64,000 nucleotides of DNA from Thermodesulfovibrionales bacterium (GTDB taxonomy: Bacteria; Nitrospirota; Thermodesulfovibrionia; Thermodesulfovibrionales; SM23-35): positions 94,446 through 158,445 of the forward strand of contig CAVSHJ010000034.1 of the NCBI GenBank assembly GCA_963727725.1, given 5' to 3'. Every line of letters begins with the position of its first letter. The first letter of the stretch is position 1. Below, piece after piece: positions 26,186 through 35,486 of this stretch. The notes beneath the pieces are model-generated. The model was not told the DNA's origin. It worked only from the letters and a program-made list of their open reading frames with translations, and did no database searches. Made by a program: the position numbers and the translations under genes.

Positions 26186-27317
26186 GAACGCCTTCAGGCA
26201 TAAACTGCGCACATTTCTCACCATCCTCGGAGTCACCATCGCCATCCTGGCATTCGGACTGCTGAGGACAGTAGTAAGTGCATGGTACGCCGGCGTTGAA
26301 GCATCTTCTGCGAGCCGGCTTGTGACAAGGAATGCGGTGTCTCTGGTTTTCCCCCTTCCATTGTCCTACAAGGAAAAGATAAGGCAGGTTGAAGGAGTGA
26401 AGCAGGTTTCCTACGGTACGTGGTTCGGAGGCATCTACATCGACGAAAAGAATTTCTTCGCAAACTATGCGGTCGAACCCAGGACATACCTTCAGATGTA
26501 CCCTGAAATTATCGTCCCTCCGGGCCAGCTGGCATCGTTTCTCCGCGACCGCAAGGGTGCTGTCGCCGGCCGAAAACTGGCTGAAAGGTTCGGCTGGAAG
26601 ATCGGTGATATCATAACGCTGAAAGGGACGATTTTCCCGGGTAACTGGGATTTTGTACTCCGGGGTATATACAGGGGCAGGGACGAGACCGTCGATGAAA
26701 CTGCCTTTTTCTTCCAGTGGGATTATCTGAATGAGGCTTTGAAAAAAGCGGGCCGTACGTGGGCCGATCAGGTCGGCTGGTATATGGTCGAGATAAACAA
26801 TCCGGACATCGCTGCGGACGTCTCGCTCAGGATCGACAAGATGTTCAAGAACTCGCTCGCTGAAACACTGACCGAGACAGAAAAGGCATTCCAGCTGAGC
26901 TTCATCTCGATGACGGAAGCGATTGTGATTGCCATCAAACTCGTTTCGTTCGTGATTATCTTCATCATCATGGCCGTTGTCGCCAATACCATGGCCATGA
27001 CGGCACGCGAGAGGATCGGCGAGTATGCAATTTTCAAGACCCTCGGGTTCGGGGCTTTTCACATTTCGGGTCTGGTGTTTGCAGAATCATTGACCATCAC
27101 GATGATCGGAGCTTCTCTCGGCATTGTTCTGACATTTCCGGTGGCACGGATCTTCGGCAAAGAACTGAATCAGTACTTCCCGATATTCAACGTGGAACAT
27201 AAAACTATCATTATGGATGTTATTGCCGCACTTGTTGTGGCTTCTGTTGCGGCAATATTCCCCGCATGGAGGGCCGTAAAAATCCGGATAGCTGACGGAT
27301 TGAGGAGGATCGGCTAG
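26160..27317 (+). CDS. ABC transporter permease, FtsX/MacB-type
   Basis: 385 aa. N-terminal TM helix, a large periplasmic domain, then three C-terminal TM helices with FtsX-like ends ([16 protein letters not shown]). Confidence 0.8.
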   Translation: MHILKLIFKNAFRHKLRTFLTILGVTIAILAFGLLRTVVSAWYAGVEASSASRLVTRNAVSLVFPLPLSYKEKIRQVEGVKQVSYGTWFGGIYIDEKNFFANYAVEPRTYLQMYPEIIVPPGQLASFLRDRKGAVAGRKLAERFGWKIGDIITLKGTIFPGNWDFVLRGIYRGRDETVDETAFFFQWDYLNEALKKAGRTWADQVGWYMVEINNPDIAADVSLRIDKMFKNSLAETLTETEKAFQLSFISMTEAIVIAIKLVSFVIIFIIMAVVANTMAMTARERIGEYAIFKTLGFGAFHISGLVFAESLTITMIGASLGIVLTFPVARIFGKELNQYFPIFNVEHKTIIMDVIAALVVASVAAIFPAWRAVKIRIADGLRRIG

Positions 27318-27337
27318 ATCAGGATGAGGGGCCGGTA

Positions 27338-28505
27338 ATGAAAATACCTTTTTCATATAGCCTTCGAAATCTCTTCACACGCAGGCTTACGACATTCCTG
27401 ACCGCTTCGGGAATGGCGCTGGTGGTTTTCGTATTTGCAGCGGTGCTGATGCTTGCGGAAGGACTTCAGAAAACACTGGTCGAGACCGGTTCATATGAAA
27501 ATGTAGTAGTTATACGCAAGGCAGCGGGATCTGAAGTGCAGAGCGGTATCGATCGGGTGCAAGCCTCAATTGTCGAAACACAGCCGGAAATTGCGACCGG
27601 TACCGACGGCAAACCGCTGGTCGCCAAGGAACTGGTGGTGCTCATCGCGCTGCCAAAACGCGGGTCCGACAAGCCTTCAAACATCGTTATACGCGGAATC
27701 GGCGGGAAGTCGATGGCCCTGAGGCCCCAGGTAAAGCTGGTCGCAGGGCAGAATGCCGCGTCCCGGCTCGTCGGAGATCATTTCCGGATCGAGCATCGCG
27801 AAACGGTTTCAGGGTGGAGGGATGGGAGAGAAGCTCCGTTTCGCCATGAGGGATTGGACGGTTGTCGGTGTCTTTGACGCGGGAAACTCCGGCTTCAATT
27901 CCGAGATATGGGGAGACGTGGACCAGTTCATGCAGGCCTTCAGAAGGCCCGCATATTCCTCCGCGATCTTCCGGCTGCGCGAGCCTTCGGAGTTTGAAAA
28001 GGTCAGGTCACGGATAGAGCATGATCCGCGTCTGACGCTCGAAGCAATGCGGGAAACCGAGTATTACAGGAAGCAGTCGGAGATGATGGCGAAATTTCTG
28101 CGCATACTCGGTCTTACACTCACCGTAATCTTCTCGCTCGGCGCGGTAATAGGCGCCATGATTACTATGTATTCCGCCGTAGCAGGCCGTGTTTTTGAGA
28201 TAGGCACCATGCGGGCGCTGGGTTTTCAGAGAAGGAGTATCCTGTCGGCATTCCTCATGGAGGCGCTTCTCCTCGGTTTTCTGGGAGGCGCTGCCGGGTT
28301 GTTCTTCGCGTCCTTCCTCCAGTTCTTCACGGTTTCAACGCTCAACTTCCAGACATTCTCGGAACTCGCTTTCACCTTTTCTCTGACCTTCGGGATCATT
28401 TACAAGGCTCTGGCTTTCTCACTGGTGATGGGCTTTGTCGGCGGCTTGCTCCCCGCTTTCAGAGCCGCGCGTATGAATATCGTGGAGGCATTAAGGGCGA
28501 GTTAA
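27338..28505 (+). pseudogene. second ABC transporter permease, FtsX/MacB-type; 1 frameshift
   Basis: The N-terminal part (ORF 27338-27877) and the C-terminal FtsX part (ORF 27753-28505, ...GGLLPAFRAARMNIVEALRAS) are in different frames. Shift near 27748. Confidence 0.75.
28473..28505 (+). repeat. direct repeat, left copy (last 10 codons + stop of the permease gene)
   Basis: ATGAATATCGTGGAGGCATTAAGGGCGAGTTAA is 30/33 identical to 34622-34654. All three differences are synonymous or stop-to-stop. Confidence 0.85.
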
Positions 28506-29253
28506 CCTGAAAAGTGCAGACATTGTTCAAAAAATTATGTAACCCGATGATTTATTATAGGTATCTCGTTTCGGTTAACAAAATCTTCTTTATCGTGAAA
28601 TGCATCTGATTGCGAAACATGAGGCATGCGTGCGGCAAAAGCTCTCCGGCAGCTCCTTCATGGGCGATCATTTATCCGGCATTCCTGCAGATTTCGATTT
28701 TAAGCGGAGGGCGTGGCCTTGCCAATTTCTGCAAGGGTTAATGCCCGGAGCGGATTAAAGCAGGACAACGGTATGAGGCAAATCCCGAACTTGTTTCGGG
28801 AGCAAACTCACACGGTTGCTTTCCGCATCTCCCTTTGCCTTCGGGAGGACAGATGTTGTTGGAAGGAGAGGGGATGCACTTTGCCGGAGTTTACGAGGAC
28901 AATGTGCAGGAGTAAGGATGGGGCGAGGACCCTTTCTTTTATGATCGTATATATTTCTTTTGAACCGAAATATGCCCGGCGCAGTCCTTCATTTTATACG
29001 CACTCAGGAAAATTGTCACGAGAGAATAGTATATTTGCAAACAAATGCGTTTCAAAAGCTAAATGTGTGAAAATTATTCACAAGAGATGTTCTCGCGCGG
29101 GGAGCCACAAATTGTCTGCACTTCTTCATCTTTTGTCGTTCCAAAAGCCTCTATCTCATAACCAGAAAAATTAATAGGATAGAAATTCAAATCACCTATC
29201 TTTTCTTGTCAATAAGATACGTTTTAAAAGTTCATAAATATATTTAATTTGCT

Positions 29254-29271
29254 ATTTAGCATGTGCTAAAT
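29254..29271. promoter_or_regulatory. 8-2-8 perfect palindrome, candidate operator
   Basis: ATTTAGCA-TG-TGCTAAAT, 42 nt upstream of the ATG at 29313. Confidence 0.3.
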
Positions 29272-29312
29272 TACAATTCTCTTGAATCTGATCATTATAA
29301 TGGGAGGAAGAA

Positions 29313-31193
29313 ATGGAAAGAAACAGAAATATACGATCAATCTTAGCAAAATATCTTCTCTTGTTGTCTATTCTGCTCTTACTACCTACTTACACTTTTG
29401 CTTTAGAATGTAAGAAATGTCAGGAAGATTTTAATGGAACCGTTTGCACAGATTCTGAATGCCCGGAGACTCCTGTTGTTGACCAACAAACGGAGGCTGC
29501 ACGGCTATTCCAAGGTGACACTTCTATTTCTATGGAAATTTCGTCATCTACTGAGGAAACCGGACTGTCCCTTGCGGCAAGTCTCCCGGATCCTAATGAA
29601 CCAATAGACGTCTTAACAGCATATTTAGAAGAGATGGAAAAGGTAAAGCAGTCGATCAAAAAAAGACTCTTTGATGAGCCTATAAATACTGGTGGTGCTA
29701 CCATTGAGGCTTGGCTTGAAGCAGCAGGGAATTTATTGTCATTCAAAGAAAAATACCCTGAGAGTCGCCACATTTTTGAAGGATTAGGGAGAATTTATAA
29801 AGAACTCTGGATTCATACACAAGAAAATACGTATCTCTTAAAAGCAGCGGATGCATTTATCCAGGCTGAAGATATGGGCATAAAATACGGAATAAAGTAT
29901 GATGAGATCGTGAACGCATCACATTATATTGATGAAGTCGCTGATATTTTATCAATCTTATCTGATCGTCAGCGACTGGATAAATATTTCTCGAGAGTCC
30001 TTAAATTGAATCCTGAAAACTATTATGCTTACCTTTACTATGCAAAAGCTCTTTCGAGATTGAATGATAAGAGAGCAGATAAATATTATGAAAAAGCTAT
30101 TTCCCTGAGACAGCAGGGAGATTTTCAGCCTGTTGTTGATTACGCGGAGCATTTGCTGGATAGGGAAAAAGATAAGGAGGCATTAGATGTAATACAGCTA
30201 TTAACAAATCCCTCGGAATATGATGCCTTTTATCCTCACTTTCTGAAGGGTCTGGCGCTTGAGAGAATGGGCCGACTCGAAGAAGCGGAGGAAGAATATA
30301 ATAAATATTCCAAATTCAGAGATATACCAAAAACATCCGCGAATGAAAACGAAAGGAATATACCTGTTGATGATGTTTTCTTTAGACCACCTTCACGATA
30401 TAAAATTCCCCATAGCACGCTGCAAAAGGATATCATTTTTAGCGGCGCAATTTCGGACGTGATGCTTATGGCTACTAGTAGAGCCACTCCTGCTTGTGCT
30501 AGCAATGATTGGGCATGCAAGGCACGCTATTATATGGTTTGGACAATCAACGGTGAGGCAGAGAAATCCGGTGCATACGGGCCTGGAACACTGGGAATGA
30601 TGAGAGCAGTCGGGTGGAACATCAGAACAAGGGTTTTTAATCTGAGAGGGCAAATTATATCTACAGGATGTAGTGGCACGTGTTACGCCAACGCAACGCA
30701 ATATCCGTTGACTGACATTAATTCTCTATATAAACGCTATTATTATGTAATTGATACTGGCGGGTATGCCGGACTTGCAATAGGCGGTTACACTGCCAAA
30801 TCAGAACAGGTATTTTTTGATGTACTTTATGGCAGAGTTCCGGATCCTATCGTTCCAGGGTGCGTTTACGGTGGCTTGAGCGGAAGCTGGTGTGAAGGCA
30901 GTTGTACAGGTTCTGGCTTATGGAACTCTTTCCCATCATCTCGAAGCGGACAACAGTTCAGGGCGGGTCGATTAAAGTCATATTGGGATCCTCTGAGTGG
31001 TGACTCATGCTATCAATTCCTCCCAATGTCTGTACCCGCGGGTGCTTTTTGCAATAAATCCTGTTGGGCAGAAAAAGGAGCGATATGTCCCGTAACAAGA
31101 ACTCTATCCGGGCTTTGTCATAATCCTTGGCAAGGCTTTTATGATTATACGGGACCTGTATATGGGAACTTTTTTTGGAGATTTAACCAGTAA
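29313..31193 (+). CDS. secreted protein: signal peptide, TPR-like helical region, Cys-rich C-terminal domain (possibly SleB/Hydrolase_2-like)
   Basis: 626 aa with a GGGAGG RBS and an N-terminal hydrophobic signal. The middle has TPR-like repeats (YYAYLYYAKALSRLNDKRADKYYEKAI). In the C-terminus, WTINGEAE...MRAVGWNIRTRV...QQF...GNFFWRF loosely resembles the cell-wall hydrolase SleB domain. That domain call is weak. Confidence 0.6.
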   Translation: MERNRNIRSILAKYLLLLSILLLLPTYTFALECKKCQEDFNGTVCTDSECPETPVVDQQTEAARLFQGDTSISMEISSSTEETGLSLAASLPDPNEPIDVLTAYLEEMEKVKQSIKKRLFDEPINTGGATIEAWLEAAGNLLSFKEKYPESRHIFEGLGRIYKELWIHTQENTYLLKAADAFIQAEDMGIKYGIKYDEIVNASHYIDEVADILSILSDRQRLDKYFSRVLKLNPENYYAYLYYAKALSRLNDKRADKYYEKAISLRQQGDFQPVVDYAEHLLDREKDKEALDVIQLLTNPSEYDAFYPHFLKGLALERMGRLEEAEEEYNKYSKFRDIPKTSANENERNIPVDDVFFRPPSRYKIPHSTLQKDIIFSGAISDVMLMATSRATPACASNDWACKARYYMVWTINGEAEKSGAYGPGTLGMMRAVGWNIRTRVFNLRGQIISTGCSGTCYANATQYPLTDINSLYKRYYYVIDTGGYAGLAIGGYTAKSEQVFFDVLYGRVPDPIVPGCVYGGLSGSWCEGSCTGSGLWNSFPSSRSGQQFRAGRLKSYWDPLSGDSCYQFLPMSVPAGAFCNKSCWAEKGAICPVTRTLSGLCHNPWQGFYDYTGPVYGNFFWRFNQ

Positions 31194-31285
31194 CAGGATA
31201 CCGTCTGAATTTTTTTAGACACTGATAAGACAGGGCAGTCAGAGAGAAAAGTGCAGGATTAAGATTTATCTCGCTTCTTTCTTTT

Positions 31286-32641
31286 GTGAAGAGAATGTTA
31301 GCGCTAATCGATCAAGAAGAGAGAACAAATATTACGAGAGCATGCGAAGACACTTCAAGAAAGAAGCACCTGATCAATGAGGTAATATTGACAAAAAAGA
31401 CCATCATCTTATTTCTACTCTTTACTTTAGTAAATTGTATTTCGGCTGGCGCTAGACAGACAAAGCAGCCTTCTAATGAAAGACGGATTGTTGTTCTTCT
31501 CGCAGGCATTAAACCTTCCGGTGAATTAATGGACACGGTTCATGAGAATAAAAAGGTGTTAAAAGCCATCGGTTTATTTTTGCAGATGAGAGAAACGAAT
31601 GCTATGTGTGAAGAAGCAATGATATTGCGCCTTGACAATTTATTCGACAAAGCGGGATGGGCGGAAGGGATACCCGCAATAAGCATAAAACGTGTAAAAG
31701 ATAAATTATATCTTGTTGGCGTGGGGGCGGCTGCGTCAAGCCAACCGAGTAGCCTTTATCTCTATTATGATTCTGCTTATCACAGAATAGCAACGGGACA
31801 AACCGGCCTGATTCAAGTGATCGATTACAGATTGATCGGGAATAAACTCGGGGTAATCTTTAATCGGATGCCGGGCTCCACCGCCTTTCAACCGGGCTTT
31901 GCTTTATTAAGCAAAAAAGATGACAAATGGAATACCTGCTGGACGCCGGAACGTGAGAAAACGTGGATCGACGCAGACGGACAGGTCAAGTTTCTGAAAG
32001 ATAATTTATCTCTTATAGAGGTGAAAGGCTCATCTTTTGGTCTACCGGCAGCAAAAAAAACGCAAAATGATGTCTTTCCCGAAGACCATGTTGGAATGCA
32101 TAGATTTTTTCTTTCTGTTTGGGAAAAGGAAGACTGCACCTATGCCAGAAGAACAATGTTGCCTCATGATGCGCCCTTTTATGACAAGTTATGGGAGATG
32201 ACCGATTTTTCGCCATCTTTATCTTTTTATACTCCATATGCCACCGTCTTCGAATTCATAAGGAGGCTCCGAGAAGGAGAAGATGACAGGGCAGCCCAGT
32301 TATCAAGCAAAATAGTAGTCGATAAGGCAAAGGAATACGGACTGGCCGAGGCATTCGATTCACGTGGCAAGATTATTTACTACCATTGGGAGCCGGGCTA
32401 TTCTACCGAAGAAGAAAATAAAATTTCAGAAAAGCATGCGTGTTGTGAAGTTGATTTTTTTTATAGAGAGGGACCTCTTGAACGTTTTGCCGTTTTCCTC
32501 AAACCTATTCCTCTGCCGTCAGACCAACTGCGGTGGCAAATTGCAGATTTGAAGGAACTGAAAGACAATAATAAATCACACTATAAAGATGATAAAATAG
32601 GCGAAATAGGTTCAGCCAAGGATATTTTTGCCCTTCCATAG
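31286..32641 (+). CDS. hypothetical membrane-anchored/secreted protein
   Basis: 451 aa from a GTG (an ATG lies at 31295). One hydrophobic segment (IILFLLFTLVNCISAG). No recognised motif. AT-rich codon usage like its neighbours. Confidence 0.55.
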   Translation: MKRMLALIDQEERTNITRACEDTSRKKHLINEVILTKKTIILFLLFTLVNCISAGARQTKQPSNERRIVVLLAGIKPSGELMDTVHENKKVLKAIGLFLQMRETNAMCEEAMILRLDNLFDKAGWAEGIPAISIKRVKDKLYLVGVGAAASSQPSSLYLYYDSAYHRIATGQTGLIQVIDYRLIGNKLGVIFNRMPGSTAFQPGFALLSKKDDKWNTCWTPEREKTWIDADGQVKFLKDNLSLIEVKGSSFGLPAAKKTQNDVFPEDHVGMHRFFLSVWEKEDCTYARRTMLPHDAPFYDKLWEMTDFSPSLSFYTPYATVFEFIRRLREGEDDRAAQLSSKIVVDKAKEYGLAEAFDSRGKIIYYHWEPGYSTEEENKISEKHACCEVDFFYREGPLERFAVFLKPIPLPSDQLRWQIADLKELKDNNKSHYKDDKIGEIGSAKDIFALP

Positions 32642-33030
32642 AGTACGCTTTACGGAACCTCTTTACGTGCTGGTACCGAAGTATGTTTCAACGGGAATCA
32701 ACTGGTGTCAGAAATTCTTGCAACGAAGAACTTCTATGTGTACGGAACGAAAGATGGCTGTTTCCGACAGGGTAAACTGTTACACCTTGTCAGAATTCCA
32801 AGGACTTACCAATCGGTCAAGGAAGGGCACAATAAAATAATAGCAATTTTGTTTAATCAGCAGACCGCAGACTGTATTTCTTTAAATCTTCAGGAGAAAG
32901 CTCTTCATGTGGTACAAGTCTATAGTGTTTCTCTGAGACTATGACGATTCCGCGATGCCAAGTTTATCTGTCCCGCCTTTAGTTAGTACCCCGTTATCCG
33001 TTCCACTGTGTCGGCATAAACCACATGATT

Positions 33031-34623
33031 TCAATTGCTGCCGGCAGGCACGTACAATAGGAAGTTATCTGTCAGAGGATTACTTATTTCTTTTTTTTGC
33101 CAGCCTGAGAGTTCAGCGTATTCTATTAAAGGGGCCTCCAAAACAATGTACTCGAAACCGACAAGAACGGCGTCAGGGGGCTTCTTCTGAAGAAGTCCGG
33201 GCAAGGAACGCGCGTCGATGCTCACAGCGTCATGACGTTGACTATCGGAAAGAAAGGGGCCATATCTGAAAAGAAACGGACCGGTGGACAATTCCCGGTA
33301 TATTCTTTCACCTCCTTCAAGAGCAAATATCGGGGCAAGAGTAAGGATGAGCTTGTCAGGACCGGCAATATCGGCAATTTTCCTGGAAATAGCGTAAACG
33401 CGGGAAGGAATCCAGTTCTCCTCCGAAAATGCGATCTTAATGTTTCCGAGAGTCTGCTTTTCGGAAAGACCCACCGCAATAGTACTCAGTACAATAATGA
33501 CCGCAAATACATGGGCAATTATATTCTTTCCCGATCTCTTGTCGCCGGTGGACATATTACCGGATACAGCATAAGCGATGGTGACCAGAAAAAACGGAAC
33601 CGGTGCGGCAAAATACTGAACTTGCATGGGCGTAACAAGGAAAGCGGCAAATATCATCGCCATTGCCACTGAGGAAGAAATAACCAGCGGAATCTTCTTC
33701 CTATCAAGACGATTATAAGTGCTTACTGCCAGGATGCAGGAAAAGAAAAAGAGAATGAAGAGTGCAAGATATGAAGGATGCGTGAAAATGGTAAAGGTCA
33801 TGGACAGCTTTTCCTTAAAATCTATGGCCGCCTGCCAGCCCGGAAACCAATGCTGAGCACCGGTAACGCGGAAATATTGTATCGTATCAAAGATGAATGA
33901 ATCCGGCGCCTGAAAAAGATAGTAAATCGCCACAAGTGACGGCAAAGTTGCCCCGGCGAGAAAAGGCAGGAGCAATCTTTTGCACCGGATATCCCGGGAG
34001 ATCGGAACCAAAAATGCCATAACAAGGAGAAATGCAAGGCTGGCAAGAGCAAAACTTATACGTGTAAAAACTGCTATACCATTAAGAAAACCCGCTAAAA
34101 ACAGCGTTCTTCTCTTAAAAGGCCTTGAGAAATCCAGGCTTGCCAAAACCAGGTATGCAAGCAGTATGCATAGAATCGGTAATGTATGGTTCCATGCACG
34201 GCTGCCGGCGTTGAGTATCTGCGGATTAAATGAATACAGGACTGTGGCAGAAATTCCCAGGACAACACCTCTCACCCTTTGATCGCGAAAGGCACGGATG
34301 AATGCCATCAGGACAAGAACCATCGTGAGTACCGAGCAGGTTACGGAAAAAACCCGTCCTACAAAAAGATAGTTCGTTGTCTTAAAAAGAGTGAAAAGAA
34401 AGGCATAGATAACGGGAAGCAATGGCATTTGCAGATAGGCGAAATCCTTGTACATGGCTTGCCCTGAGGATATAAGTGCTCCTGCAGTGCAGTAGAGGTT
34501 TTCGTCATGATCAAACCCTTGCATGGCCGAACCAAATAAAAGAAATGTCATCATCAGAATTACGACAGCTGCACCGGCATAGATCAAGATACTACGCCAC
34601 ATTGACGTTATACGTGAGCGCAT
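33031..34623 (-). CDS. polytopic membrane glycosyltransferase, GT-C fold (PMT_2/ArnT-like)
   Basis: 530 aa with about 12 predicted TM helices. The N-terminal loop DHDENLYCTAGALISSGQAMYKDFAYLQMPLLP resembles the DE..Y...G..pY.DF....PP motif of ArnT/PMT-family enzymes. Its start codon overlaps the right direct repeat. Confidence 0.6.
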   Translation of the reverse strand: MRSRITSMWRSILIYAGAAVVILMMTFLLFGSAMQGFDHDENLYCTAGALISSGQAMYKDFAYLQMPLLPVIYAFLFTLFKTTNYLFVGRVFSVTCSVLTMVLVLMAFIRAFRDQRVRGVVLGISATVLYSFNPQILNAGSRAWNHTLPILCILLAYLVLASLDFSRPFKRRTLFLAGFLNGIAVFTRISFALASLAFLLVMAFLVPISRDIRCKRLLLPFLAGATLPSLVAIYYLFQAPDSFIFDTIQYFRVTGAQHWFPGWQAAIDFKEKLSMTFTIFTHPSYLALFILFFFSCILAVSTYNRLDRKKIPLVISSSVAMAMIFAAFLVTPMQVQYFAAPVPFFLVTIAYAVSGNMSTGDKRSGKNIIAHVFAVIIVLSTIAVGLSEKQTLGNIKIAFSEENWIPSRVYAISRKIADIAGPDKLILTLAPIFALEGGERIYRELSTGPFLFRYGPFLSDSQRHDAVSIDARSLPGLLQKKPPDAVLVGFEYIVLEAPLIEYAELSGWQKKEISNPLTDNFLLYVPAGSN

Positions 34624-34654
34624 GAATATCGTGGAGGCATTAAGGGCAAGCTAG
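34622..34654 (+). repeat. direct repeat, right copy (orphan permease 3' end)
   Basis: ATGAATATCGTGGAGGCATTAAGGGCAAGCTAG encodes MNIVEALRAS*, the same peptide as 28473-28505, but has no gene body upstream (in-frame stop at 34580). Confidence 0.85.
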
Positions 34655-34853
34655 AAAGGCTCAATATCGCAAGTTCATCCTGTTATTCGGATTGACACAT
34701 ACGCACCTGTCCCGCATATACATATGGCGGACTCCATATGATCATGCAAAACAGAGGCAATGATCAGGACAGATACAGAGATTTTCGAGTGCAAAGAAAT
34801 TCAGGCAATCTTTCCATTTTCTTCCATCGGCCTCCTTTACAGGTTTATGTCAG

Positions 34854-35486
34854 TTATATGTTCCTTGAAGGACAAATATCATAGAGGACGCATTCACTGT
34901 GCACAGGCTTTTTTGCCTGGCATACCTTTCTGCCGTGGAATATCAGAAGGTGGGAAAGGTTCCCCCATTCTTTTCCGGGTGTGATTGCCATCAGGTCTTT
35001 TTCGATCTTAACAGGGTCTTCGTTTTTTGTAAGTCCGAGCCTCTGGGAGAGTCTTCTGACGTGGGTATCCACAGCTATGCCTTCATTGATGCCAAAGGCG
35101 CCGGAAAGTATTATGTTGGCTGTTTTCCGGGCCACGCCGGGCAGGGTGACGAGTTCGTCCATTGTTTTTGGCACTTCTGAGCGGAATTTTTCGGCTATCA
35201 TCTTTGCTGCGGCCTGAATGTTTTTTGCCTTGGTCTTATAGAAATTTACGGAGTTAACATCCTTCTGAAGTGTTTCGAGCGGGACGTGTGCATAGTCTCC
35301 CACCGTTCTGTATTTCTTGAAGAGATTTTCCGTGACCTTATTCACCAATGTGTCCGTAGTCTGCGCGGAGAGTACTGTCGCAACGAGAAGTTCAAAGGGA
35401 CCGGTGAAGTTAAGAGCCGTCCTGGGTCGCGGATATTCTTTTCTTAATCTTTTTATAATCTCAGCTATTTTTTCTTTTGCGGTCAT
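34854..35486 (-). CDS. nth: endonuclease III
   Basis: HhH-GPD motif (LPGVARKTANIIL), catalytic region (AVDTHVRR) and a C-terminal Cys cluster (C..C...C.....C). Confidence 0.9.
   Translation of the reverse strand: MTAKEKIAEIIKRLRKEYPRPRTALNFTGPFELLVATVLSAQTTDTLVNKVTENLFKKYRTVGDYAHVPLETLQKDVNSVNFYKTKAKNIQAAAKMIAEKFRSEVPKTMDELVTLPGVARKTANIILSGAFGINEGIAVDTHVRRLSQRLGLTKNEDPVKIEKDLMAITPGKEWGNLSHLLIFHGRKVCQAKKPVHSECVLYDICPSRNI

Noticed and set aside
28561-28680. Possible tyrosine-integrase remnant (minus-strand MIAHEGAAGELLPHACLMFRNQMHFTIKKILLTETRYL)
   Set aside because: It bears only a vague resemblance to the H.LRH...LLGH...Y box. The spacing does not fit and the key residues are missing, so it is not convincing.
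28713-29174. 153-aa ORF in the gap at the left end of the AT-rich insert
   Set aside because: It is rich in Arg, Cys and Ser with low-complexity composition. It has no RBS and no family resemblance. I treated the region as non-coding or decayed (see the finding at 28506-29312).
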